From the NCBI GenBank assembly GCA_030754595.1, contig JASLZZ010000062.1, positions 1 through 39,716 on the forward strand: 39,716 nucleotides of DNA, read 5' to 3'. Source of the DNA: Nitrospinota bacterium (GTDB lineage: Bacteria; UBA8248). The position numbers and the translations under genes were made by a program. Shown piece by piece: positions 9,644-17,636 of this stretch; the stretch's first letter is position 1, and each line of letters starts with the position of its first letter. The notes below the pieces were generated by a model. The model was not told where the DNA came from and did no database searches. It worked only from the letters and a program-made list of their open reading frames with translations.

Positions 9644-11947
9644 GTGGCTGAAGCCAAGGATATGGGCGGTGTGGTGGTGGGCCAGAACATGACCTTTATG
9701 GACGCTCTCGAGAAGGCCTCGGGGGAGCCATTGTACCTGGACGATCTTCAGCTTCCGGGAATGCTGGTGGGATTCGCCCTCAGGAGCGAGCACGCTCACG
9801 CGAAAATTCTCTCGGTGGACGCCGGGGCCGCCCGGAGAGTCGAGGGAGTGGCAGCGGTTCTCACCGGCGCGGATCTCGAGGGCGAGCCGCGGCAGACGCC
9901 CCACAAGCGGGGCGTGCCCATGATCGCCCGCGACCGGGTGCTCTACATGGGCGATGTCGTGGCCCTCGTCGCCGCGGAGGGGGCCGCCGCCGCCAAGGAG
10001 GCGATGCGCCTGATCAAGGTGAAATACAAGCCCATGCCGACCATCGACGACCCGCGCGCGGCGCTCGACAAAGGCGCTCTCCGGCTGTGGCCCGAGGGCA
10101 ACATGCTCAATCACGGTAAAATCCGCAGGGGAGACATCGAGGAAGGTTTCAAGGCCGCCGACATCATCGTCGAGAACGTCTACCGGACACCGGCGGTCGA
10201 TCATCTCTACATGGAGGTCGAGGCGGGCTGCGCCGCGCCTCTCCCGGGCGGGGGGATGCAGGTCTGGTGTTCGACCCAGCAGCCCTTTCTCATGCGCTCG
10301 AACGTGGCGCGTGTTCTCGGCCTTCGGGCCGAGTCGGATGTGCGCTTCATCCAGACCTTGCCGGGCGGCGGTTTCGGGGGTAAGAACGAGGCGAGCCTGG
10401 ACGTCACGCTGAGGGCGGCCCTCCTGGCCCGGGCGACAGGAAGACCGGTCAAGCTGGTTTACTCGCGCGAGGAGAGCCTGATCGCCTCCGCCAAGCGCCA
10501 CAGCTCGATAATCCACTACCGCACGGGCGCCACAAAGGAAGGCCGGCTGGTGGCCTCCGAGGTGGAGGTCTATCTCGACAAGGGCGCCTATGCGGCGAGC
10601 GGGGGAGACAATCCGCCCGCCTTCAAACGGGCGACTTACCATTCCTGCGGCCCCTACGATGTCCCCAACGCCAAGGTGGATGTCTACTGCGTCCATACCA
10701 ACAATCCTTATGGAGGGCAGATGCGCGGGCCCGGCTGCCCCCAGGTTCACTTCGCCGGCGAGCAGCAGATGGATCAACTCGCCCGGGTCCTGGGCTTGGA
10801 TCCGATCGAGTTTCGGCGTATCAACGGGCTCAAGGAGGGTTCGAGGACGGCCTGGAATCAGCGCCTCGACGAGAGCGTGGGGCTACTCGAGACGCTGGAG
10901 AAGGCGGAGGCGGCCTCGGGGTGGAAAACCCGGAGCGGCGGCTCCCGCCGCGCGGCCGACGGGCGGTTGAGGGGATTCGGGGTGGCGAGTTGCCTCTACG
11001 GGACGGGAAACGCCTACTCCGCGGCCGAGGCCTATATTTTCCTCACCTCGGAGGGGAAGATCCGAATCGCCGCCGGGGTGGTGGATTTCGGTCAGGGCTC
11101 AAAGACTGTGCTCTCCCAAATCGCCTCGGAGGTGCTCGACATTCCCTACGGCGAGTTCGTGATGGGCGTCGTGGACACGGCGATCGACCCCTTCGGCGGG
11201 ACGAGTTCGAGTTCTCGGGTGACGATGCAGGGAGGCAAAGCTGTCTACAACGCCGCGATCAAGGCGCGCGAGGAACTTTTGCGGCTCGGCGGGCGGCTGC
11301 TCGATGTGGACCCGGAAGATCTCGAGCTCTCGGGCGGGGTGGTCCGCTCGAAGGGGCATCCCGGCACGCAGGTTACCCTCGCCGAGATGGCGGCGGCCTT
11401 CGTCACCGACGAGCTCAAGCAGATCGGCGTCGCCGACCATATCCCCCCGGCCGCGGCGACCGACAAGGAAACCGGTCTCGGCCAACCCTACGAGGTCTAC
11501 GGGTTCGGGACGCAGATCGCCGAGGTCCTCGTAGACCCCGGCACTGGCGAGATCGAGGTGGCCGGCGTCTGGGCGGCGCACGATGTCGGCAAGGCCATCA
11601 GCCCGATGGGCGTCGCCCAACAGATCGAAGGCGGCGTCTACATGGGCCTGGGTTTTTGCCTGATGGAGGAGATCGTCCAGAAAGATGGGCGGATGTTCAA
11701 TCCCGACATGCACGGCTACCTGATTCCGACCTCAGAGGATATCCCCGACGCGCTTGAGCCAATCATCGTCGAGGAGCCCTACTCGAGGGGCCCCTTCGGG
11801 GCCAAGGGGGTGGGCGAGATGGTGACGGTGCCCACGGCGGCGGCCATCGCCAACGCGGTCCACGACGCGATCGGAATCCGCTTCCCCGAGTTGCCGTTGA
11901 CGCCCGACCGGGTGGCGATGGCGGTGGCTCGGGCAAAGAAGGGGTAG
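9644..11947 (+). CDS. Xanthine dehydrogenase family molybdopterin-binding subunit (copy 2)
   Basis: YLDD, HAHAKI, GGGFGGK, QMRGPG loop, DFGQG, SSR, HDVGKAI, QIEGG, GPFGAKGVGE. Confidence 0.93.
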   Translation: MAEAKDMGGVVVGQNMTFMDALEKASGEPLYLDDLQLPGMLVGFALRSEHAHAKILSVDAGAARRVEGVAAVLTGADLEGEPRQTPHKRGVPMIARDRVLYMGDVVALVAAEGAAAAKEAMRLIKVKYKPMPTIDDPRAALDKGALRLWPEGNMLNHGKIRRGDIEEGFKAADIIVENVYRTPAVDHLYMEVEAGCAAPLPGGGMQVWCSTQQPFLMRSNVARVLGLRAESDVRFIQTLPGGGFGGKNEASLDVTLRAALLARATGRPVKLVYSREESLIASAKRHSSIIHYRTGATKEGRLVASEVEVYLDKGAYAASGGDNPPAFKRATYHSCGPYDVPNAKVDVYCVHTNNPYGGQMRGPGCPQVHFAGEQQMDQLARVLGLDPIEFRRINGLKEGSRTAWNQRLDESVGLLETLEKAEAASGWKTRSGGSRRAADGRLRGFGVASCLYGTGNAYSAAEAYIFLTSEGKIRIAAGVVDFGQGSKTVLSQIASEVLDIPYGEFVMGVVDTAIDPFGGTSSSSRVTMQGGKAVYNAAIKAREELLRLGGRLLDVDPEDLELSGGVVRSKGHPGTQVTLAEMAAAFVTDELKQIGVADHIPPAAATDKETGLGQPYEVYGFGTQIAEVLVDPGTGEIEVAGVWAAHDVGKAISPMGVAQQIEGGVYMGLGFCLMEEIVQKDGRMFNPDMHGYLIPTSEDIPDALEPIIVEEPYSRGPFGAKGVGEMVTVPTAAAIANAVHDAIGIRFPELPLTPDRVAMAVARAKKG

Positions 11948-11970
11948 AAGGCGGGACGGTTCGGGAATCT

Positions 11971-12012
11971 GGATTCGAGATTCAGGATTCTTGATTCAAG
12001 ATTCTTGATTCA
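11971..12012. repeat. Six tandem heptamers (nGATTCn) between convergent genes
   Basis: ggattcg agattca ggattct tgattca agattct tgattca. Confidence 0.85.
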
Positions 12013-12023
12013 AAACAAAGGGC

Positions 12024-12731
12024 TTACCCGATTCCGAGGTGTGTTTGCTTGATTTCCTCGTTTTCCCAGAGTTCCTGGGGGGAGGAGTCGTGAACGACCT
12101 GTCCCCTGGTGATGATGGATACGCGGTCCACCGTCCTGATGGCGAAGGGGGTGTTCTGCTCGACGAGGATGATCGAGAGGCCCTCGTCCTTGAGGGAGCG
12201 GATGGCGTCTCCGATGTCCTGGATGATAAGCGGGGCGAGACCCTCGGAGGGCTCGTCGAGTATCAGGCACTCCGGGTTGGTCATCAGCGCCCGCCCGACG
12301 GCGAGCATCTGCTGCTCGCCGCCCGATAGCGATCCGGCGCGCTGATCGGCGCGCTCGCCCAGCCGCGGGAATAACTCGTAAACTATTTCGGTGTTCCACC
12401 GATTTCCCGAATGCGTTTGCTCGGCGACGATGAGATTTTCCCGGACGGTCAGGGTGGGGAACACCCGCCGTCCCTGCGGGCACAGGCCGATGCCCAGCGC
12501 CGAGATGTCGTAGCTGGTTTTGTCGGTGATGTCCTTTCCGTCGAAGGATATCTTGCCCCGCCGGGGAGGGACGAATCCCATGATGGAATTGATCAGCGTG
12601 GTTTTTCCCATGCCGTTTCGCCCGAGGATGCCGAGCGCTTCGCCTTTTTCGACTTTGATGCTCAGCCCCTGAAGGACATAGGAGTCGCCGTAGTAGGTGT
12701 GAATGTCCTGAACGGAGAGAAAGGCGGCCAC
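12024..12731 (-). CDS. livF: Branched-chain amino acid (HAAT)-type ABC transporter ATP-binding protein
   Basis: Walker A GRNGMGKTT, LSGGEQQMLA, LDEPSEGLAP, LVEQN. Confidence 0.92.
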   Translation of the reverse strand: MAAFLSVQDIHTYYGDSYVLQGLSIKVEKGEALGILGRNGMGKTTLINSIMGFVPPRRGKISFDGKDITDKTSYDISALGIGLCPQGRRVFPTLTVRENLIVAEQTHSGNRWNTEIVYELFPRLGERADQRAGSLSGGEQQMLAVGRALMTNPECLILDEPSEGLAPLIIQDIGDAIRSLKDEGLSIILVEQNTPFAIRTVDRVSIITRGQVVHDSSPQELWENEEIKQTHLGIG

Positions 12732-12734
12732 GAT

Positions 12735-13502
12735 TTATCCCTTCCCCAGATAGATTTCCTGGACACGCGGATCGTTTCTGATCTGATCGGCCGGCCCGTC
12801 GGTTAATAGTTCTCCGTAGTGGAGTACGGAAATATGAGAAGCCACCTCGAAGATGACGTCGAGGTCATGCTCGATGATGAGGATGGAAATATTCGGGTCG
12901 AGCGATTTGAGGAAGTCGGCCATCTCGCGGGATTCGCCGGTGGCCAGCCCGGCCGAAGGCTCGTCGAGGAGGAGCACCTTCGGGTCGCTCGCCAGCGCCA
13001 GTACGATTTCGAGTTGGCGCTGCTCGCCGTGGGAGAGGTTCCGGACCTCGGTGTCCTTGAGTTCCCAGAAACCCGCCTGGGTCAGGAGTTGTTCGGTTTT
13101 CTCGAAAACTTCGGTGAAGCTCGACAATGGCCGCCACATCACCATCTTCATCTTGCGGAGCCCCTGAACCGCGAGGATCACGTTGTCCATTACGCTGAGA
13201 CGGGGAAACAGGCTGGTGATCTGAAACGTGCGCGCCATGCCCATGGCGACCCTGCGGTGGGTTTTCCAATCGGAAACGTCCTGGCCGTACATCAGGACCT
13301 CGCCCGAGGTCAGCGGCAAGACGCCGGTGATGAGGTGAAAAAGGGTGGTCTTTCCCGCGCCGTTCGGCCCGAGGATACCCCTTCGCTCTCCTTGCCCGAG
13401 GCGGAGCGTGATATCATTGACGGCCATGAGGCCGCCGAACTGCTTGGTTACGCTCTTGAGTTCGAGCGCGGTTTCCGTTTCTGCCAAACCGGTGTTCTCC
13501 AT
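12735..13502 (-). CDS. livG: HAAT-type ABC transporter ATP-binding protein
   Basis: FGGL.AV, GPNGAGKTT, RTFQ, LSHGEQRQLEI, LLDEP, IEHD, YLG. The start is probably ATG 13502 (or TTG 13487) rather than 13595. Confidence 0.92.
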   Translation of the reverse strand: MENTGLAETETALELKSVTKQFGGLMAVNDITLRLGQGERRGILGPNGAGKTTLFHLITGVLPLTSGEVLMYGQDVSDWKTHRRVAMGMARTFQITSLFPRLSVMDNVILAVQGLRKMKMVMWRPLSSFTEVFEKTEQLLTQAGFWELKDTEVRNLSHGEQRQLEIVLALASDPKVLLLDEPSAGLATGESREMADFLKSLDPNISILIIEHDLDVIFEVASHISVLHYGELLTDGPADQIRNDPRVQEIYLGKG

Positions 13503-13552
13503 TGCTTTTGGTGTTGACGACTTCTGGCGTTGACATCCCAGGTGCGGACGCA

Positions 13553-13589
13553 CCCGCCGCCCGAAGAGGGTTTCTCTCCGGGCGGCGGG
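13553..13589 (-). terminator. GC-rich stem-loop downstream of the substrate-binding protein gene (mRNA stabiliser or partial terminator)
   Basis: CCCGCCGCCCG...CGGGCGGCGGG, an 11-bp perfect stem that can be extended; no U-tract. Confidence 0.55.
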
Positions 13590-13604
13590 GGTCAAGCGTG
13601 CGCT

Positions 13605-14861
13605 TTATTTGCAGTATTTGCAGCCGGGGAAGCTCTTGCTGTAGACGGGCTGCTTGAGAAACTCCTCCGGCGTTTGTTTATAGAACTGGCTGACCGCCGG
13701 GTATGTCTTGATGACGATGTTCCACAGCGAGTTGGACTTCACGCCCAGGCCGAGCCGGTCGCCCGAAACCCGCTGGACTTTCCGGACGTAGCTGTTCTGG
13801 ACGACGTTGCCGTGGCTGTCGATGTAGAGCGGACCGCGGACGGCGGTGATCCGGATCTTCTTGAACTCGCGGATGAAGCCCGCCGTGTCGTCAGGGTTCC
13901 ATTTAACCTTTTCGAGTGCGTCGCGAATCCACTGGCCCGTGGTGTAAGTGGTCTCCGAGTAATAGGAGGCCATCTTCCCGTAGCGGCTCTGGTACTCCTT
14001 GACGAATGCCTTGTTCTTGTCGGTGGTGAGCGCGGCGCTGTACTGGGCCGACGTCACGTAGCCGATGGCCTCATCGCCCATCGAAGGGAGAACGAACTCG
14101 TCCGCGCTGGTCACGCCGCCGAGCATCGGCATCTTGAACCCGGCCGCCCGGAACTGCTTCGGGAAAGCCAGCGACATGGGGCCGACCATCAGGGCCATGA
14201 TGGCGTCGGCGTCCTTGGGAATCTGGGGAAGGTAGGGGCCAAAGTCCTTGGCTCCGAGTTTCGCCCATATCTTCTTGATGATCTTGCCGCCGCGTCTCTC
14301 GAACTGACGCTGGAAGCCGCCCAGGGTCTCGTAGCCGAAGGCGTAGTCCGCGCCGATCATCACGATCCGCCGGTAGCCCTGATCGTAGGCGTAGTCGGCG
14401 AGGGGATGGCTGTTCTGGCTCGAGGTGAATCCGCTTCTCAGGAAGTATTTAGGCGGCTTCCGCTGGGTCATGTCGTCTCCGGCCGGAACCGGCGAGATGT
14501 AGAGGGTCTTGAAGCGGTCGGCCACGGCGCCCAGGGCGTAGCCCGTGCTGGCGAGAAGACCGCCCACGAACATATGCACCTTGTCGCGGCGGATTAACTT
14601 GATCGCCTTTTGCCGGTTGACCGAGGGCTTTCCGGTCGAGTCCTCGAGGATGAACTTCACCTTGACGGGACCCATCATGCTCTTGTTCTGGGCAAGGTAC
14701 ATTTTGAAGCCGTTGGCCATGTCCTTGCCGATCGCTGCGAAGAAGCCTGTCATCGGAGCGATGAACCCGATGCGGAGTTCCTTCGCGGCCAGGGCGGGGC
14801 CAGCGGTGGCTGCGAGTGCCAGAGCGGCTGCGGCGATAATGACCAAACATCTTTTTTTCAT
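13605..14861 (-). CDS. HAAT-type ABC transporter substrate-binding protein (aromatic-acid-binding-like subfamily)
   Basis: Signal peptide MKKR...ALA, IGFIAPMTG, EDSTGKP, ADYAFGYE, DFGPYL. The ATG at 14861 follows GGGGAGG. Confidence 0.9.
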   Translation of the reverse strand: MKKRCLVIIAAAALALAATAGPALAAKELRIGFIAPMTGFFAAIGKDMANGFKMYLAQNKSMMGPVKVKFILEDSTGKPSVNRQKAIKLIRRDKVHMFVGGLLASTGYALGAVADRFKTLYISPVPAGDDMTQRKPPKYFLRSGFTSSQNSHPLADYAYDQGYRRIVMIGADYAFGYETLGGFQRQFERRGGKIIKKIWAKLGAKDFGPYLPQIPKDADAIMALMVGPMSLAFPKQFRAAGFKMPMLGGVTSADEFVLPSMGDEAIGYVTSAQYSAALTTDKNKAFVKEYQSRYGKMASYYSETTYTTGQWIRDALEKVKWNPDDTAGFIREFKKIRITAVRGPLYIDSHGNVVQNSYVRKVQRVSGDRLGLGVKSNSLWNIVIKTYPAVSQFYKQTPEEFLKQPVYSKSFPGCKYCK

Positions 14862-14909
14862 CTTGGTCCTCCCCAAATCGTCCTGCGAGAGATAAAGAGA
14901 CGCGGCGAA

Positions 14910-15935
14910 TCAGCCTTCCGAATTATCGGCCGCGGCGGATGAACTCCGTAGCTTATTTGCGATTCCGAGTATTCCGTCCACCCCGTAGAGGCGGCTGAGC
15001 ATTATAGTAATAATGTATATCGATCCGAGGATGAGCGGCCACCTTTCCACATAAATACTGGCCAATTGCTGGAGCGAGCGGATGATGGCCGCGCCGATGA
15101 CGGGTCCGATCAGGGTGGCCGGGCCGCCGAGCGCGACCATGAAAAGCGCCTCGGCCGAGGTGATGAGCTCGACGTCCGGCGGGCTGACGAACAGGTTATA
15201 GAGCGTCCACATCACGCCGGCGACGCCGCTGAAGGTCCCGGCGATGATGAAGGCCAGGTATTTATGCAGCCAGATGTTGTAGCCGAGCATCTCCATGCGC
15301 TCCTCGCGCTCGCGGATGCCGACGAGGGTGCGGCCGAAGGGGCTCCGGGTGATGAGGTAGATCACCCCGAGGCACAGGAGAAACACGGCCAGCGTAAAGT
15401 AGAAAAAGGGGAGCCCCTCTTCGAGGGAGATGCCGAAAAGCGAGGGGCGGCCGGGTACGATAATTCCGTTGTCCCCCTCCGTCACCGCGCTCCAGCGGTA
15501 GGCCAGGCCCCAGACCACCATGGCGAGGGAGAGCGTGATCATCAGGAAATAAACGTCCTTCGCGCGGATGGCCAGAAATCCGAAAAGGACCGCGAAGGCG
15601 ACGGCCACAAGAACACCGATAATGAACAAATAGAAAAGGCCTAGGCCCGACGAGTCGGTCCAGGTGAAAATGGCGTAGGTCACCGTCCAGCTTTGCTTGG
15701 TCATGATGATGGCCGAGGCGTAGGAGGCGACTCCGAAATAGGCCGCGTGGCCCAGCGAAGCCAGGCCGGTAAAGCCGAGAAGGATGTCCAGGCTCATGGC
15801 CAGGATGCCGAAGACGAGAATCTCGGTGACGAGGGACTGAAGAAAAAGGTCGAGAAACGGCGTGATCAAGGCCAGGGCGGCGAACACCCCCATGACAATC
15901 ATGATTCGCCGGCGCTCGATTTCGGATCCCGTCAT
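14910..15935 (-). CDS. livM: HAAT-type ABC transporter permease
   Basis: SLDILLGFTGLASLGHAAYFG, YFLMITL, TEGDNG, SPFGRTL.GIRE.E.R, LGG..T..GP. Confidence 0.92.
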   Translation of the reverse strand: MTGSEIERRRIMIVMGVFAALALITPFLDLFLQSLVTEILVFGILAMSLDILLGFTGLASLGHAAYFGVASYASAIIMTKQSWTVTYAIFTWTDSSGLGLFYLFIIGVLVAVAFAVLFGFLAIRAKDVYFLMITLSLAMVVWGLAYRWSAVTEGDNGIIVPGRPSLFGISLEEGLPFFYFTLAVFLLCLGVIYLITRSPFGRTLVGIREREERMEMLGYNIWLHKYLAFIIAGTFSGVAGVMWTLYNLFVSPPDVELITSAEALFMVALGGPATLIGPVIGAAIIRSLQQLASIYVERWPLILGSIYIITIMLSRLYGVDGILGIANKLRSSSAAADNSEG

Positions 15936-15938
15936 CGT

Positions 15939-17036
15939 CTAACCTTTTCCAAACAGGCCCGTCGGCTTGACGGCGAGGATAATGGCCATCGGCGCGAAAA
16001 GGGCGAAGTAGGCGAGTTCGGGGAAAAGGGCGGTTCCGAAGTTTTCCATGAAGCCGACCACGAGGCTTCCCACGACCGCGCCGGTGAGGTTTCCCAGCCC
16101 GCCGATGATGACCACCGCGAAGGCGTAGGGGAGTATCTCGAAGTCCAGCCCGGGGTAGACTCCGAAAAAGGCCCCGCCGACGACGCCGCCGATCGCGGCG
16201 AGCAGGGCGCCGATGGCGAAGATGCTCATCGAAACGATGTTGGTGTTGATGCCGATTCCGCGCGCCATCTCGGGGTCGTCCACGGTGGCGCGCATGATAG
16301 CCCCGAGCCGGGTTCGCTCGATTCCGAAGAGGAGCGCGAGCCCGACGATAATCGCGACCATGATCATGAAAAGGCGGTACTGGGGAAACGACATGCCCGC
16401 GATGATTAAGGTTTTATTAAAGGGCCAGGGCGCCTCGAACATGAAGTTGTCGCCGCCCCAGGTGTAGAGCGAGCCGTCCTGAAGGATGAAGGCGAACCCG
16501 ATGGTGACGAGCACCTGGGCGAGGGTGTCCTTCCCGAAGTGCCGGAGAAAGAAGCGCTCGATGAGCATCCCGCCCAGGCCGACCATGATCACGGCGACGG
16601 CGATGGCGGCCGAGAGCGCAAAAAAATTCACCTGGTCGATTTTCTGGACCTTGATGACGGGAAAGAAAAGCTCGAAGAAGCGATAGTCCCAGGCCGCGCT
16701 GGTGACGATTTCGGCGATGATATAGGCGCCGAGCAGCCCCAGGGCCGCCCGTCCCTCGCCGGCGGCCCGCGAGAGGCCACGCCAGGCGAAATAAAGCGCC
16801 GCCCAGGCGGCGAGCTGGATGAGCCGGGGCATGATCGAGGCGGCGCCGTAGATGATGTTGTAGAACTCAAGCCCGATGTAGCCCGCGAACAGGAAAAACG
16901 CGGCGTGGGCGAGGTTGACGATCCGCATGACGCCGAAAATCAGCGAGAGCCCGCTGGCCAGGAGGAATAGAAGGGAAGCGTAGGAGAGGCTGCTGTAGGA
17001 GAGCTCGATTACGTTCGTGATAGGTAGCGAAACCAT
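15939..17036 (-). CDS. livH: HAAT-type ABC transporter permease with an internal hydrophobic insertion
   Basis: ASGLSLIFGVMRIVNLAH, IERFFLR, TRLG..MRA, GIN, IIGGLG, KPTGLFG. Confidence 0.92.
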   Translation of the reverse strand: MVSLPITNVIELSYSSLSYASLLFLLASGLSLIFGVMRIVNLAHAAFFLFAGYIGLEFYNIIYGAASIMPRLIQLAAWAALYFAWRGLSRAAGEGRAALGLLGAYIIAEIVTSAAWDYRFFELFFPVIKVQKIDQVNFFALSAAIAVAVIMVGLGGMLIERFFLRHFGKDTLAQVLVTIGFAFILQDGSLYTWGGDNFMFEAPWPFNKTLIIAGMSFPQYRLFMIMVAIIVGLALLFGIERTRLGAIMRATVDDPEMARGIGINTNIVSMSIFAIGALLAAIGGVVGGAFFGVYPGLDFEILPYAFAVVIIGGLGNLTGAVVGSLVVGFMENFGTALFPELAYFALFAPMAIILAVKPTGLFGKG

Positions 17037-17347
17037 ACGGTAATTACCTCAAAACAAAAAAAGCGCGGCTCGTGTCTCCCCGCCAATGGTGTTCAAGTCG
17101 CTGAAATCCCATAAGAAAATACGATTGCGCATGCATAAGGGACAGCCTATGCCGGAGGAGCGTATTTGCTCACTTTACGGCCCCCGGGTCAAGGGGCCTT
17201 CCCCCGTTTGGGCCTTGATCGGCCTCCGGAAGGGGCGGATGATGGCCCATCGTTGTTTCAGGCCTATTTTTCGGTTATCTCGGACGCGGTTTTTCCCGCG
17301 CGCGTGGTTGTTTCCCGCCAATGAGTTTCTCGGCGAGGTCGCCGGGA

Positions 17348-17381
17348 GGCACGCCCGGCGCGGTCGGCACGCCCGGCGCGG
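17348..17381. repeat. 16-bp direct repeat, two copies, 18-bp period
   Basis: GGCACGCCCGGCGCGG at 17348-17363 and 17366-17381. Confidence 0.75.
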
Positions 17382-17636
17382 GAGGTGAGGGCGGGGGGGC
17401 TTGCGGTGGAAAGCGGGATTCTTTTTCGGGGCGCGCGGGTGGGCGCCGGGGCGGACCTCATAGAAGAGCATTATGACGGGCCACTAATACACCGACGGTA
17501 CCGGTGCTCTTGGCCGCCAGGGGGTACATCCTTACACCGCCGCTTACAGCTCACCCAGGAAATGCCGCGATATGGCGAGGTGGCTGCGCCAAAGGGCGTG
17601 AAGATTCGCTTGGGGGCGCAGATCGAAATTTTCGCC

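Noticed and set aside
5023..11947. Aerobic CO dehydrogenase (coxL) assignment for the Mo subunits
   Set aside because: Neither has AYxCSFR (form I) or AYRGAGR (form II); the loops are AVRGFG and QMRGPG.
11971..12012. CRISPR array
   Set aside because: These are 7-bp tandem units with no spacers, and there are no cas genes; I saw no repeat-spacer pattern anywhere in the window.
5113..16970. Long antisense and alternate-frame ORFs (e.g. 5113..6462, 7525..8607, 9611..10777, 13530..14597)
   Set aside because: They are shadows of GC-rich real genes on the opposite strand or in another frame, and they have no recognisable motifs.
17037..17636. TPP or cobalamin riboswitch, or a sigma-54 promoter, upstream of livH
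   Set aside because: The conserved riboswitch cores are not recognisable, and the best -24/-12 candidate (CGGCATAGGCTGTCC) lacks the -12 GC.
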